Part shown: positions 47,780 through 57,317 of the stretch, piece after piece
Position numbering within the stretch: position 1 is the stretch's first letter
How the letters are laid out: each line of letters starts with the position of its first letter
Source: Bacteroidota bacterium
GTDB lineage: Bacteria; Bacteroidota; Ignavibacteria; UBA10030
Direction of reading: 5' to 3'
Assembly (NCBI GenBank): GCA_035291905.1
Contig: DATDRF010000103.1
Coordinates: forward strand, 2,805 to 66,804
Length of the DNA: 64,000 nucleotides
Made by a program: the position numbers and the translations under genes
The notes under the pieces: generated by a model
What the model was told of the DNA's origin: nothing
Seen by the model: only the letters and a program-made list of their open reading frames with translations
Database searches by the model: none

Positions 47780-49558
47780 ATGGTAACCACATTCGATAAA
47801 CGAACTCATACGTGCGGAGAATTGAGGAAGGAGCATGTTGGTCAAACGGTGACCCTCACGGGATGGGTCGACGTGCGCCGTGATCTTGGGGGACTTGTAT
47901 TCATCGACGTGCGCGACCGTTACGGCAAGACACAGGTGGTATTCTCTCCTCAGGTCAGTTCGGAAACATACGCAGCTGCGCAGACGCTGCGGTCCGAATT
48001 TGTGATTTCAGTGACCGGCAAAGTTCAACTTCGGCCTGCGGGTGGCGAGAATCCGGAACTTCCGACCGGCCAAGTTGATGTCGCGGGGACAAAGCTTATC
48101 ATCATCAATAAGTCGGAGACGCCTCCTTTTGCAGTAGCGGATGAACTTCAGGTCGCAGAGGACCTTCGGCTGAAATATCGCTACATCGACCTACGGCGGC
48201 CTGTGATGCAGCAGAACCTCGCGATTCGGCATCGCGCGTGCCAAATTACCCGTTCATATTACGATCGGAACGGTTTTCTGGAGATTGAGACACCGGTTCT
48301 CATGAAAAGCACGCCGGAGGGTGCGCGTGATTTTCTTGTTCCCAGCAGAATTCAGACCGGGAAATTCTACGCTCTTCCACAATCGCCGCAAACCTATAAG
48401 CAGATATTGATGGTGGCAGGATTCGATCGTTACTTTCAGATCGTCAAGTGCTTCCGCGATGAAGACCTTCGCGCAGATCGGCAGCTCGAGTTCACGCAAA
48501 TCGATGTTGAAATGTCTTTTGTCGATGAGAGCGATGTCCTGACGATGACCGAGGGTTTGATGAAGGATTTGCTCAAGGGGATCGTCAATCACGACGTCTC
48601 CCTTCCTTTTCCGCGATTGACCTACAAGGAGGCCATGGAGCGGTTTGGAAGCGACAAACCCGATACTCGCTACGGATTGGAACTTCGCGATTGCTCGAAT
48701 CTTGTAGCGAAGAGCCAATTCCGCGTTTTTCGCGACGCCGTCGAAAAAGGTGGCTTCGTGGCCGGATTGGCAGTCCCCGGCCTTTCAAAGTCCACGCGAA
48801 GTCAGATTGACGGATTGACCGATCTTGCGAAGTCGCTCGGCGCAGGGGGACTCGTCACCATGAAAATAGAGGCGGGGAAATTCGAAAGCTCCATTGACAA
48901 ATTTGTATCCCAGGATGAGAAAAAGGGAATTGCCGAATGGCTGGGAGCAAACGACGGTGATCTGTGCCTCTTCGTCTCGGGGCCATGGCAGAAAACGTAT
49001 TCGGTACTCGGAGCCCTTCGGATTGAAATGGCCCGGCGCCTGAACCTCGTGGATGGAAAGAAATGGAACCTCCTCTGGGTCGTCGATTTTCCGCTTCTTG
49101 AGTACAGCCCGGACGAACAACGGAACGTCGCGGTTCACCATCCCTTCACTTCGCCAAAACCGGAAGATGTACGGCTTCTCGATACTGATCCTTTGAAAGT
49201 GAGGGCGCGGGCATATGACCTGGTCCTGAATGGGAACGAAATAGCGGGCGGAAGTATCAGGATCTTCGATTCCGCTCTGCAGAGCAAGATGTTTCATCTG
49301 CTTGGCATTGAAGCAGAAGAAGCGAAACAAAAGTTTGGCTTTATGCTGGACGCATTCAAGTACGGGGCGCCGCCGCACGGCGGGATAGCCTTCGGCCTGG
49401 ATCGCATCGTCATGCTGTTGACCGGTGAGGAGTCGATACGGGATGTCATTGCATTTCCCAAGACGACAAGCGGAATGTCGCTCATGGATGATTCTCCGTC
49501 GACGGTTGAACGGCCGCAATTGGACGAACTGCATATTCGCGTCATCGAGAAAAAATGA
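47780..49558 (+). CDS. aspS: Aspartyl-tRNA synthetase
   Basis: OB anticodon-binding N-terminus, class II motifs (FRDEDLRADRQLEFTQID, GGSIRIFD, GLDR); 592 aa. Confidence 0.9.
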   Translation: MVTTFDKRTHTCGELRKEHVGQTVTLTGWVDVRRDLGGLVFIDVRDRYGKTQVVFSPQVSSETYAAAQTLRSEFVISVTGKVQLRPAGGENPELPTGQVDVAGTKLIIINKSETPPFAVADELQVAEDLRLKYRYIDLRRPVMQQNLAIRHRACQITRSYYDRNGFLEIETPVLMKSTPEGARDFLVPSRIQTGKFYALPQSPQTYKQILMVAGFDRYFQIVKCFRDEDLRADRQLEFTQIDVEMSFVDESDVLTMTEGLMKDLLKGIVNHDVSLPFPRLTYKEAMERFGSDKPDTRYGLELRDCSNLVAKSQFRVFRDAVEKGGFVAGLAVPGLSKSTRSQIDGLTDLAKSLGAGGLVTMKIEAGKFESSIDKFVSQDEKKGIAEWLGANDGDLCLFVSGPWQKTYSVLGALRIEMARRLNLVDGKKWNLLWVVDFPLLEYSPDEQRNVAVHHPFTSPKPEDVRLLDTDPLKVRARAYDLVLNGNEIAGGSIRIFDSALQSKMFHLLGIEAEEAKQKFGFMLDAFKYGAPPHGGIAFGLDRIVMLLTGEESIRDVIAFPKTTSGMSLMDDSPSTVERPQLDELHIRVIEKK

Positions 49559-50925
49559 AATCGAAAAAAGGCATTATCAGAATAGCTTCGGGCCAGGGTT
49601 TCTGGGGTGATCTCCTGACTGCTCCGCGCGATCAGGTCACGAAGGGGCCGATCGACTATCTCGTGATGGACTATCTGGCCGAAGTGACGATGTCGATCAT
49701 GCAGAAGCAGAAGCGGAAGGACCCCAAGCTCGGTTACGCAAAGGATCTCGTGGAACTGTTCGGGGAGATTGGAAAAGACTGCATCGACAAAGGGATCAAG
49801 ATCATCACGAATGGCGGTGGAGTCAATCCGGTTGCATGCAGCGACGCAATCCTTTCGGTGGCACGATCCAAAGGCATCACCAAATTGAAGGTGGGCGTTG
49901 TCCTCGGCGACGATATCCTCGGAAGCATCGACGAACTTCAGTCAATCGGAATTGATCTGGAGAACATGGAGTCGGGGGAAAGCATGCTTTCCATCAAGGA
50001 CCGTCTTCAGAGTGCAAATGTGTATTTTGGGGCCGGCCCGATCGTTACGGCTCTTGCCGGAGGAGCCGATATCGTTATTACTGGAAGAACGACCGATACG
50101 GGATTGACCCTTGCTCCGATGATTCACGAGTTCGATTGGGATCATCAGGATTGGAACAAGATTGCAGCGGGGACGGTTGCAGGACACATTCTGGAATGTG
50201 GCGGTCAGGCATCCGGGGGAAATTTTTCGGCTGATTGGAAATCGGTGCCAGGACTAGCTCGCATCGGCTTTCCGATCGCAGAGGCACACCCCGACGGGAG
50301 TGTGGTGATTACAAAGCATGAAGGTACCGGGGGATTGGTGAGTGCCCAGACGGTGAAAGAACAGCTGGTATACGAAATCGGAGATCCGCGCTCCTACATC
50401 ACGCCGGACTGTATCGCAGACTTCACGTCGATTCAGCTGGAAGAGGAAGGCCCGAACAGGGTGAAGGTGCATGGTGTCAAGGGGAAAGCGGCAACCGATT
50501 TCTACAAGGTTTCCATGTCGTATCTCGACGGATATACCTCTGTTGCCACACTGACTTACACCTGGCCGGAGGCGCTGGAAAAAGCGAAGAAGGCGGATGC
50601 AATCCTCAGGATGCGCATTGCCGATCTCGGCCTCGAGTTCGAGGAGATGCGAACGGAGTATCTGGGATACAACTCGTCTCACGGGCCGCTCGCGCCGAAG
50701 GTTGGTGATCCGAATGAAATCGTTCTGCGCGTGGGCGTAAGAGGGCAGGACTACAAAGCCGTTGAGCGGTTTGGCAAGGAGATCGCTCCGCTCATCCTTA
50801 CAGGACCTCCCTCCGTCACGGGATTTGCCGGCGGTCGTCCGAAGCCGAGCGAGGTGATTTCGTATTGGCCCGCTTTGATCCCCAAGACCGCTGTTCATCC
50901 AAAGGTGATCGTGAAGGGACTATGA
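49555..50925 (+). CDS. AtuA-like protein (DUF1446, acyclic terpene utilisation family), function unknown
   Basis: N-terminal IRIASGQGFWGDLLTAPRDQVTKGPIDYLVMDYLAEVTMSI resembles the AtuA family N-terminus; ATGA overlap with aspS. Confidence 0.65.
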   Translation: MKSKKGIIRIASGQGFWGDLLTAPRDQVTKGPIDYLVMDYLAEVTMSIMQKQKRKDPKLGYAKDLVELFGEIGKDCIDKGIKIITNGGGVNPVACSDAILSVARSKGITKLKVGVVLGDDILGSIDELQSIGIDLENMESGESMLSIKDRLQSANVYFGAGPIVTALAGGADIVITGRTTDTGLTLAPMIHEFDWDHQDWNKIAAGTVAGHILECGGQASGGNFSADWKSVPGLARIGFPIAEAHPDGSVVITKHEGTGGLVSAQTVKEQLVYEIGDPRSYITPDCIADFTSIQLEEEGPNRVKVHGVKGKAATDFYKVSMSYLDGYTSVATLTYTWPEALEKAKKADAILRMRIADLGLEFEEMRTEYLGYNSSHGPLAPKVGDPNEIVLRVGVRGQDYKAVERFGKEIAPLILTGPPSVTGFAGGRPKPSEVISYWPALIPKTAVHPKVIVKGL

Positions 50926-51254
50926 AGGTACAATTGCTCAAAATTTGCCATGGAAGGTCCGGTGACAAGGGCGATACGGCAAATGTGGGACTGATAGCAA
51001 GGAAGAAGGAATACTATCCGCTGATTGAACAGCTTGTGACGGCGGAAAAAGTGAAACATCATTTCCAGGGGATTGTTGAAGGCGATGTGGAGCGGTTTGA
51101 GCTTCCGAATCTGTGGGCTTTAAACTTTCTCCTGCACCATGCCTTGGGCGGGGGCGGGACAAAATCGCTTAAGAATGATGCGCAGGGAAAAACACTGGCT
51201 GCGGCCCTCCTTCGGATGGAGATTGAGCTCCCCGAGGGGACTGTGATCGAATAA
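50922..51254 (+). CDS. Small conserved partner protein of AtuA-like genes (DUF4387-like), 110 aa
   Basis: ATGA overlap with the DUF1446 gene; [39 protein letters not shown]; identification by genomic association recalled from memory. Confidence 0.5.
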   Translation: MKVQLLKICHGRSGDKGDTANVGLIARKKEYYPLIEQLVTAEKVKHHFQGIVEGDVERFELPNLWALNFLLHHALGGGGTKSLKNDAQGKTLAAALLRMEIELPEGTVIE

Positions 51255-51271
51255 TCAGGAGCGAGTTACAG

Positions 51272-52372
51272 ATGTTCGAAGATCTGAGAGAAAAACTGAA
51301 AGAAGAGAGAGAGCGCCTGACAGCGCTTCGATCGTATCTGAACCTCGATGCGAAAGAGGCTGAGGCTGCGGCATTGCAGGAACAAACGACCACCCCTCAC
51401 TTCTGGAACGACAATACGAACGCTCAGAAGGTCATCCAGGAACTCAACAGTCGGAAGGAGTGGATTGAAGCCTGGAAGAAACTCCAGTCTCTTGCCGACG
51501 ACACAGGAGCCTTTATCGATCTGGCTGAAGAAGGCAACGAGTCTTCCGCGGCTGCGGATATTGAGAAGGACCTCGGCAGGCTCGAGGCAGAAATCAAGGC
51601 ATTGGAATTCAGAAACATGCTGAGCGGTGAGGATGACGAAAAGAATGCCCTGGTCACCATTCACTCGGGTGCAGGCGGAACGGAATCCCAGGACTGGGCG
51701 GAGATGCTCCTGAGAATGTATACCCGTTGGTGCGAAAAGAATCATTTCAAGGTAAGCCTTGTTGAACTGCTCGAAGGCGAGGGGGCGGGCATCAAGAATG
51801 CTACGTTTGAAGTAGTGGGAAAATTCGCCTACGGGTATTTGAAGGCCGAAAGCGGCGTTCATCGCCTCGTGAGAATCTCTCCCTTTGACGCTAACGCACG
51901 CCGGCACACTTCTTTTGCTTCGGTTTTTGTCTATCCCGAGGTAGAGGATGATGTGGAGGTCGAGATCAATCCTGTCGATCTCAAAATCGACACGTATCGG
52001 TCAGGGGGAAAGGGTGGACAGAATGTCAACAAAGTCGAGACTGCAGTTCGCATCACGCACGTCCCGACCGGAATTGTCGTGGCCTGCCAGCAGGAACGAT
52101 CGCAGTTTCAAAACCGCGAGCGAGCGATGAAAATGCTGAAGTCGCGCATCTATCAAGCCAGAAAAGAAGAGGAAAAAGCGCGGATGAGTGCGATTGAAAG
52201 CACGAAGAAGAAGATCGAATGGGGGAGTCAGATCCGTTCGTATACGTTTCAGCCGTACACGCTTGTCAAGGATCACCGGACGGGCGTTGAAACAAGCAAT
52301 GTGCAGGGAGTCATGGATGGCGATATCGACGAGTTTATTAAGAGCTACCTCCTTGAGTCTTCCAAAGCATAG
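51272..52372 (+). CDS. prfB: Peptide chain release factor 2 (single continuous frame, no +1 frameshift site)
   Basis: SPF motif ([18 protein letters not shown]), GGQ ([20 protein letters not shown]); N-terminus continuous ([19 protein letters not shown]). Confidence 0.9.
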   Translation: MFEDLREKLKEERERLTALRSYLNLDAKEAEAAALQEQTTTPHFWNDNTNAQKVIQELNSRKEWIEAWKKLQSLADDTGAFIDLAEEGNESSAAADIEKDLGRLEAEIKALEFRNMLSGEDDEKNALVTIHSGAGGTESQDWAEMLLRMYTRWCEKNHFKVSLVELLEGEGAGIKNATFEVVGKFAYGYLKAESGVHRLVRISPFDANARRHTSFASVFVYPEVEDDVEVEINPVDLKIDTYRSGGKGGQNVNKVETAVRITHVPTGIVVACQQERSQFQNRERAMKMLKSRIYQARKEEEKARMSAIESTKKKIEWGSQIRSYTFQPYTLVKDHRTGVETSNVQGVMDGDIDEFIKSYLLESSKA

Positions 52373-52405
52373 CGATTCGCTGAACCCCCGGGAAATGCCC
52401 CGCCT

Positions 52406-53629
52406 ATGAGTGTCTCTTTCTTTATTGCCCGCCGCTATCTCCGCTCTCGCCGCAACAGTGGATTCATTTCATTTATCACGTTCTTTGCGATTGTGGGTGT
52501 CACGCTTGGCGTGGCGACCCTGATCATTACTCTCTCCATCCTGCGAGGATTTGAGCGGACGATCAAAGAGAACGTCGTCAGCTTTACGGCCCATATTCAG
52601 GTTTACGGATTTCAGAGCCAGGTGCTCAATAATCCCGAGGTCTCCATCAGAAAAGTGAAACAGCGTTATCCCGAGGTCATTGCCATGGCACCGTACGTCT
52701 CCCGTGAAGGGATGATCAGGTCAGAAGAAGGGATCGACGGCGTTCTGGTCAAGGGTATCGACCCTGCCAACGACATCTCGGCGGCAAAAGGACATCTTGT
52801 CTCGGGGCAGTACGACCTGGGCCGCCGCGAATCGGGCGTTCAACCGATTGTCATCGGTCAGCGTCTGGCCGATCGTCTGCATGCCTCCGTGGGGAGCAAG
52901 CTTCTTGTCTTCGCACTCGGCGGATATTCATTGACCCTCTCCCAGACGCGCGTGATGCAGTTCGAAGTCTCCGGGATCTACGAGACGGGAATGGAAGAAT
53001 ACGACGCAAGTTATGTGTACGTCAACCTTGGCAATGCGCAGCGGCTCTTCGAGTTTGGAAATGCAGTTTCGGGATTTGACATTCTCGTGAGCGATATTGA
53101 CAAGATATCGTTGCTGGCGCAGGACATTCCTGCCGATCTCGGTTACCCCCATTACGCCCGAACGATGTATCAAACATACCGCAACCTTTTTTCCTGGATC
53201 GACCTTCAAAAGAGCCAGATCCCCATCATTCTCGCCCTGATCATCCTCGTCGCCACAGTCAATGTCATCGGCACATTGTTGATGATGGTGATGGAGAAAA
53301 CGAATGACATTGGCGTACTGCAAACCGTCGGTGCGACGCCGTCGACGATCAGAAGAGTGTTCCTGTATCAGGGATTGTTGATCGGCATTGTCGGGACAGT
53401 TGCAGGAAATGCTCTTGCCTATGCCCTGTGCTGGATCGAGATGAACTATCGCCTGATTTCGCTGCCGTCCGGCGTTTACTACATGACCCATGTTCCCATT
53501 GACCTGAGCTGGTGGAACTTTGCCCTGGTGAGCGTTGCGGCTATTGCGCTCTGCTATATGTGTTCAGTGATACCTTCTCGCCTTGCCGGAAAGCGCGATC
53601 CCGTTGAGCTCCTTCGGTTTGCATCATGA
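52406..53629 (+). CDS. Lipoprotein-releasing system permease, LolC/LolE family (FtsX-like)
   Basis: FIARRYLRSRRNSGFISFITFFAIVGVTLGVATLI N-terminus, large periplasmic loop, C-terminal FtsX TM bundle. Confidence 0.8.
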   Translation: MSVSFFIARRYLRSRRNSGFISFITFFAIVGVTLGVATLIITLSILRGFERTIKENVVSFTAHIQVYGFQSQVLNNPEVSIRKVKQRYPEVIAMAPYVSREGMIRSEEGIDGVLVKGIDPANDISAAKGHLVSGQYDLGRRESGVQPIVIGQRLADRLHASVGSKLLVFALGGYSLTLSQTRVMQFEVSGIYETGMEEYDASYVYVNLGNAQRLFEFGNAVSGFDILVSDIDKISLLAQDIPADLGYPHYARTMYQTYRNLFSWIDLQKSQIPIILALIILVATVNVIGTLLMMVMEKTNDIGVLQTVGATPSTIRRVFLYQGLLIGIVGTVAGNALAYALCWIEMNYRLISLPSGVYYMTHVPIDLSWWNFALVSVAAIALCYMCSVIPSRLAGKRDPVELLRFAS

Positions 53630-54852
53630 AACTTGAACAAGCCATAGCGCTCCGTTATCTGAAGTCGAAACGCAAGGTAGGGTTTGTCACCGTCATCTCA
53701 TTTATTTCTATTGTCGGTGTTACCATCGGCGTGGCTGCTCTGGTCATCGTCCTTTCAGTGTTCAACGGTTTCAACGGCTTGGTCACATCCATTCTGACGG
53801 AATTCGATCCTCATTTGAGGGTCGAACGGCTTAGCCCCGGAGATCAGGCCGACTACGACCGCCTCTCATTCTTTCTCTCCTCGGATAGCGATGTCCAGGG
53901 ATTCGCCCCCTTCGTGTCCGGGAAAGCGCTCATCGTTTCACGAAACATGAATCGGGTCATCAACGTGAAGGGGCTTGATGAAACGCTTGTTGACAAGGTT
54001 TCCGGATTACGGGATAAACTCGTGCTCGGCGAACTCGATTTTCAGGCGAGGAACGGCTCGGGGATGGTCATAGGACTCACCTTGGCCGACAGGCTTGGAG
54101 TCGTCGTGGGGGATACACTTTCCGTGGTCAGTCCGGCAGGCTCGGAGTTTGCGCTGCTCCAGATTGGCCAACCCCTCATCCGCCGATTTGTGGTTTCGGG
54201 CATCTATGAGTCGAACAACAAGGAGTACGATGCGTACTATGCGTACGTCGGTTTGGATGCGGGCCGCGCGCTCTTTAGCCTGGGGAATCAGGTCCAGGGA
54301 GTGGAGATAAGGTTGAGCGACATCGACGTGACCAGTCAGTTTGAAGGGCGGATGAGGACGAACTTCGGCTCGGATTACCGAATCCTGACGTGGTACGACT
54401 TGCATCGGGAACTCTATTCTGTCATGCAGATCGAACGCTGGATGGCGTACGTGATCCTGTGCATGATTGTCGGTGTTGCGTCGTTCAACCTCCTCGGATC
54501 GCTCACAATGTCTGTGATCGAGAAGACGCGCGATATCGGGATTCTCAAAACAATGGGGGCCACACGGGAAATGATCCAGAAGATTTTCATGAACCAGGGC
54601 CTGTTCGTGGGAATCCTCGGATCTCTGTTCGGAGTCCTCTTGGGAGTTCTGGTTGTCTATCTGCAACAAGAGTTTCATTTGGTTCCGCTTGATCCTACAG
54701 TTTATATCATTCCTGCCATTCCGGTCGAATTGCACGTCATGGATCTCATCTTGGTTTCTCTCACCGGGATCGGACTTTGTTCGGTCGCTGCATACTATCC
54801 GGCACGCAGGGCCGCGGCCCTTGTCCCGGTGGAGGCTATTCGATGGGAGTAA
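53626..54852 (+). CDS. Lipoprotein-releasing system permease, second LolC/LolE paralogue
   Basis: IALRYLKSKRKVGFVTVISFISIVGVTIGVAALVI; same architecture; ATGA overlap. Confidence 0.8.
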   Translation: MKLEQAIALRYLKSKRKVGFVTVISFISIVGVTIGVAALVIVLSVFNGFNGLVTSILTEFDPHLRVERLSPGDQADYDRLSFFLSSDSDVQGFAPFVSGKALIVSRNMNRVINVKGLDETLVDKVSGLRDKLVLGELDFQARNGSGMVIGLTLADRLGVVVGDTLSVVSPAGSEFALLQIGQPLIRRFVVSGIYESNNKEYDAYYAYVGLDAGRALFSLGNQVQGVEIRLSDIDVTSQFEGRMRTNFGSDYRILTWYDLHRELYSVMQIERWMAYVILCMIVGVASFNLLGSLTMSVIEKTRDIGILKTMGATREMIQKIFMNQGLFVGILGSLFGVLLGVLVVYLQQEFHLVPLDPTVYIIPAIPVELHVMDLILVSLTGIGLCSVAAYYPARRAAALVPVEAIRWE

Positions 54853-55559
54853 CGAGACGGCACATCTTCGTGAAAGCCGAGAACCTCTGGAAGGAGTTTC
54901 CGACGGGTAAAGACGAAACACTTCAGGTCCTGAAGGGGGTCGATATTGAGATCAAACAGGGAGAAATCGTCGTTATTATCGGTCCTTCGGGATCGGGCAA
55001 AAGTACGCTTCTTCACATTCTTGGAGGCCTTGACCGTCCAACCTCCGGCCTGGTGTCTGTCGGGGGAAACAACATCTTCACGTTCAGTGAAGAGGAGAGG
55101 GCGACGTTTCGCAATACCAAGCTGGGATTCGTTTTTCAGTTTCATCACCTTCTTCCAGAGTTCACCGCTCTTGAGAATGTCGCCATGCCCGGGCTTGTCA
55201 AAGGTGAATCCCTCAAAAGTGCCCGTCCGCGTGCGGAACTCTTACTGACAGAGGTAGGCCTTGCCGAACGATTGGATCACAAGCCGAGTGAGCTTTCCGG
55301 CGGTGAACAGCAAAGGGTGGCTGTGGCGAGGGCGCTGATGAACGATCCGTTGTTGGTGCTGGCGGATGAACCGTCGGGAAATTTGGACGAAGAGAACGGC
55401 CTCAAGCTGCATCGACTGCTTGTCGATCTCGCCAAGAAGCGCGGGCTGACGTTCCTTATTGCCACGCATAATCCGGACCTGACACGAAGGGGGGATCGTG
55501 TTATGAAACTTGGCGACGGAAAACTCGGCCCTTCACGCGCCGGTGCCCATATTGTCTAG
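54843..55559 (+). CDS. lolD: Lipoprotein-releasing system ATP-binding protein
   Basis: Walker A GPSGSGKSTLL, signature LSGGEQQRVAVARAL, Walker B LVLADEPSGNLD; ATG 54843 chosen (track start 54777). Confidence 0.85.
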   Translation: MGVTRRHIFVKAENLWKEFPTGKDETLQVLKGVDIEIKQGEIVVIIGPSGSGKSTLLHILGGLDRPTSGLVSVGGNNIFTFSEEERATFRNTKLGFVFQFHHLLPEFTALENVAMPGLVKGESLKSARPRAELLLTEVGLAERLDHKPSELSGGEQQRVAVARALMNDPLLVLADEPSGNLDEENGLKLHRLLVDLAKKRGLTFLIATHNPDLTRRGDRVMKLGDGKLGPSRAGAHIV

Positions 55560-55593
55560 GCGGTTCGTCGCGGGTCGCGGCAATGCAGTCTTG

Positions 55594-55750
55594 GGTAGTG
55601 TCTCAATTTGGATGTAGTTCTTAACGCAGAGACCTGCCTGCGTGCCGACGATCCCAAGTCGAAATTCCCGATGAGTGTTCACTTCGGCAGGCAGGTCTGC
55701 GTCCTTTGCGACTCTGCGTTGTAGTCTATAATCGAAATTGAGACACTACC
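55594..55750. mobile_element. MITE-like nonautonomous element copy B (157 bp): 16-17 bp perfect TIRs, 8-bp target-site duplication CAGTCTTG
   Basis: GGTAGTGTCTCAATTT (55594-55609) is the reverse complement of AAATTGAGACACTACC (55735-55750). Direct repeats CAGTCTTG lie at 55586-55593 and 55751-55758. Shares TIR head GGTAGTG and the internal core with copy A; internal inverted repeat cgcagagacctgcctgcg / gcaggcaggtctgcg. Confidence 0.7.
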
Positions 55751-55887
55751 CAGTCTTGACTTTTGTTCAGAAAAAAGTAAATTATCATTGACCCCGCCGA
55801 CAGTTTCTCCCCTGACTGTCTGCATCATTGGGTCGGGCCCGGCGTTTCCCCAACGCTGGGCTTTTTGTTACGACAACAAGGAGTACC

Positions 55888-56169
55888 ATGGCTCGGGAAC
55901 AAAAGTCGCAAAAGAGAAAGACCGCAGTTCATACGCTCCCGCTTACGAAGCGGAACTATCAGATTCTGGGCGGTGCATTGGTTTGCATCGCCGCAGGGTA
56001 CTTTGCCCTCGGACAGGAACCCTGGGATGGGTTTCTCCCTCTCATTGTAGCCCCGGTGTTGTTGGTGCTCGGGTATTGCGTACTTGTCCCATTTGGGATC
56101 TTATACCGAAAAAAGGGTGAGCAGCCGGGGACAGCAGAACCGGCTGAAGAGATCAAGACTCCTGCTTGA
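55888..56169 (+). CDS. Small membrane protein (2 TM), hypothetical
   Basis: AAGGAG 6 nt before ATG 55888; hydrophobic stretches ILGGALVCIAAGYFALG and LPLIVAPVLLVLGYCVLV. Confidence 0.5.
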   Translation: MAREQKSQKRKTAVHTLPLTKRNYQILGGALVCIAAGYFALGQEPWDGFLPLIVAPVLLVLGYCVLVPFGILYRKKGEQPGTAEPAEEIKTPA

Positions 56170-56225
56170 AGATCGGCGCTTTTTTCTGTAATTTGCAAAA
56201 AGTTTCGGGCCATTGAGCCCGTCGC

Positions 56226-56297
56226 GGGCGTGTAGCTCAGGGGTAGAGCATCTGCCTTTTAAGCAGAGGGTCGGTGGTTCGAGCCCACCCACGCTCA
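56226..56297 (+). tRNA. tRNA-Lys (anticodon TTT)
   Basis: GGGCGTG-TA-GCTCAGGGGTAGAGC-A-TCTGC-CTTTTAA-GCAGA-GGGTC-GGTGG-TTCGAGC-CCACC-CACGCTC-A. Confidence 0.9.
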
Positions 56298-56370
56298 CAA
56301 CTGGAAAATTGGAAATTGTAAAAGGAACATTTCAATTTTCAATTACCAATTTTTCAATTCTCAATGTTAG

Positions 56371-56454
56371 GCCCGGATGGTGGAACTGGCAGACACACCG
56401 TCTTGAGGGGGCGGCGCCTGAAAAGGCATGCGAGTTCAAGTCTCGCTCCGGGCA
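56371..56454 (+). tRNA. tRNA-Leu (anticodon GAG), type II with long variable arm
   Basis: Acceptor GCCCGGA/TCCGGGC plus A; anticodon arm CCGTC-TTGAGGG-GGCGG; T arm GCGAG-TTCAAGT-CTCGC. Confidence 0.85.
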
Positions 56455-56487
56455 CAACGGTCAACCAATATAAAGGAGGTCGGACTA

Positions 56488-57255
56488 ATGAGAAGAGGTC
56501 TTTTTGTGCTGATGTTGCTCATGGTCTTTTCGGTTCTTCTGAACGCCCAATCGCCCAGCGATGATCAGAAGAATGAGGCAAAAAAGCTGTTCAACGAGGC
56601 CAATGGTCTGTTTCGTGCTGGCAACTACCTTGCAGCTCTTGAAAAGGGCAAGGCTGCGCTCACCATAGAAGAGGACCATCGATATCATTACCTGGTGGGG
56701 CTTTGCTATAAGAACAGCAAACAATATGACAATGCCATTGCGTCTTTTTTTGCGTCAATAAAGGTGACGCCAAACTTCCCAGGAAGCCACAACGCGCTCG
56801 GCGGGGTCTATCTTGTTCAGGGAAACTACGATCAGTCTATCGAATCATTCAAGACTGCTTTGAAATACGATTCGAAGCTGAAACCGTCCCTTGCGGGTAT
56901 CGTCGAAGCGTACGCCGGGAAAGTGCAGCAGCTGCTGGAAGCGGGAAAGTTTGAAGAGGCCGGGACCATGGCAGACGAGGCCCTTCAGCAGCATTCGGAT
57001 AACAGTAAACTCTATCTCGTTGCGGCCCGGGTATACAACAGGCTCGAAAACGCTGAAAAGGCCCTTGAAGCGGCAAATCAGGCCCTCAAGTTCAAGAAGG
57101 GAAAGTCAAAAGGGGCCGAGTATTTTGAGATAGGGGTCGCCTACAAGAAGATGAAGGAGTACGACAAAGCCCGAAGCGCATTTGGCGAAGCACGCAAGGA
57201 TGTTGCCTACAGCCGCAATGCGCAATACGAGCTTGACGGATTAAAGGGGAAGTAA
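56488..57255 (+). CDS. Secreted TPR-repeat protein
   Basis: AGGAGG RBS, signal peptide MRRGLFVLMLLMVFSVLLNAQS, several 34-aa TPR units (AKKLFNEANGLFRAGNYLAALEKGKAAL...). Confidence 0.6.
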   Translation: MRRGLFVLMLLMVFSVLLNAQSPSDDQKNEAKKLFNEANGLFRAGNYLAALEKGKAALTIEEDHRYHYLVGLCYKNSKQYDNAIASFFASIKVTPNFPGSHNALGGVYLVQGNYDQSIESFKTALKYDSKLKPSLAGIVEAYAGKVQQLLEAGKFEEAGTMADEALQQHSDNSKLYLVAARVYNRLENAEKALEAANQALKFKKGKSKGAEYFEIGVAYKKMKEYDKARSAFGEARKDVAYSRNAQYELDGLKGK

Positions 57256-57277
57256 GAGAGTCTTGCGAACCGACGAA

Positions 57278-57306
57278 GGGACGATGGAAGTCGTCCCTTT
57301 TTTTTT
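57278..57306 (+). terminator. Rho-independent terminator
   Basis: GGGACGA (57278-57284) pairs TCGTCCC (57291-57297), loop tggaag, followed by a T10 run. Confidence 0.7.
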
Positions 57307-57317
57307 GATGATAGCAA

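Noticed and set aside
51272-52372. Programmed +1 frameshift in prfB.
   Set aside because: The RF2 N-terminus is continuous in one frame through the region where the CUU UGA shift site normally lies (…[16 protein letters not shown]…). This gene lacks the autoregulatory frameshift, as in a substantial minority of bacteria, so it is not anomalous.
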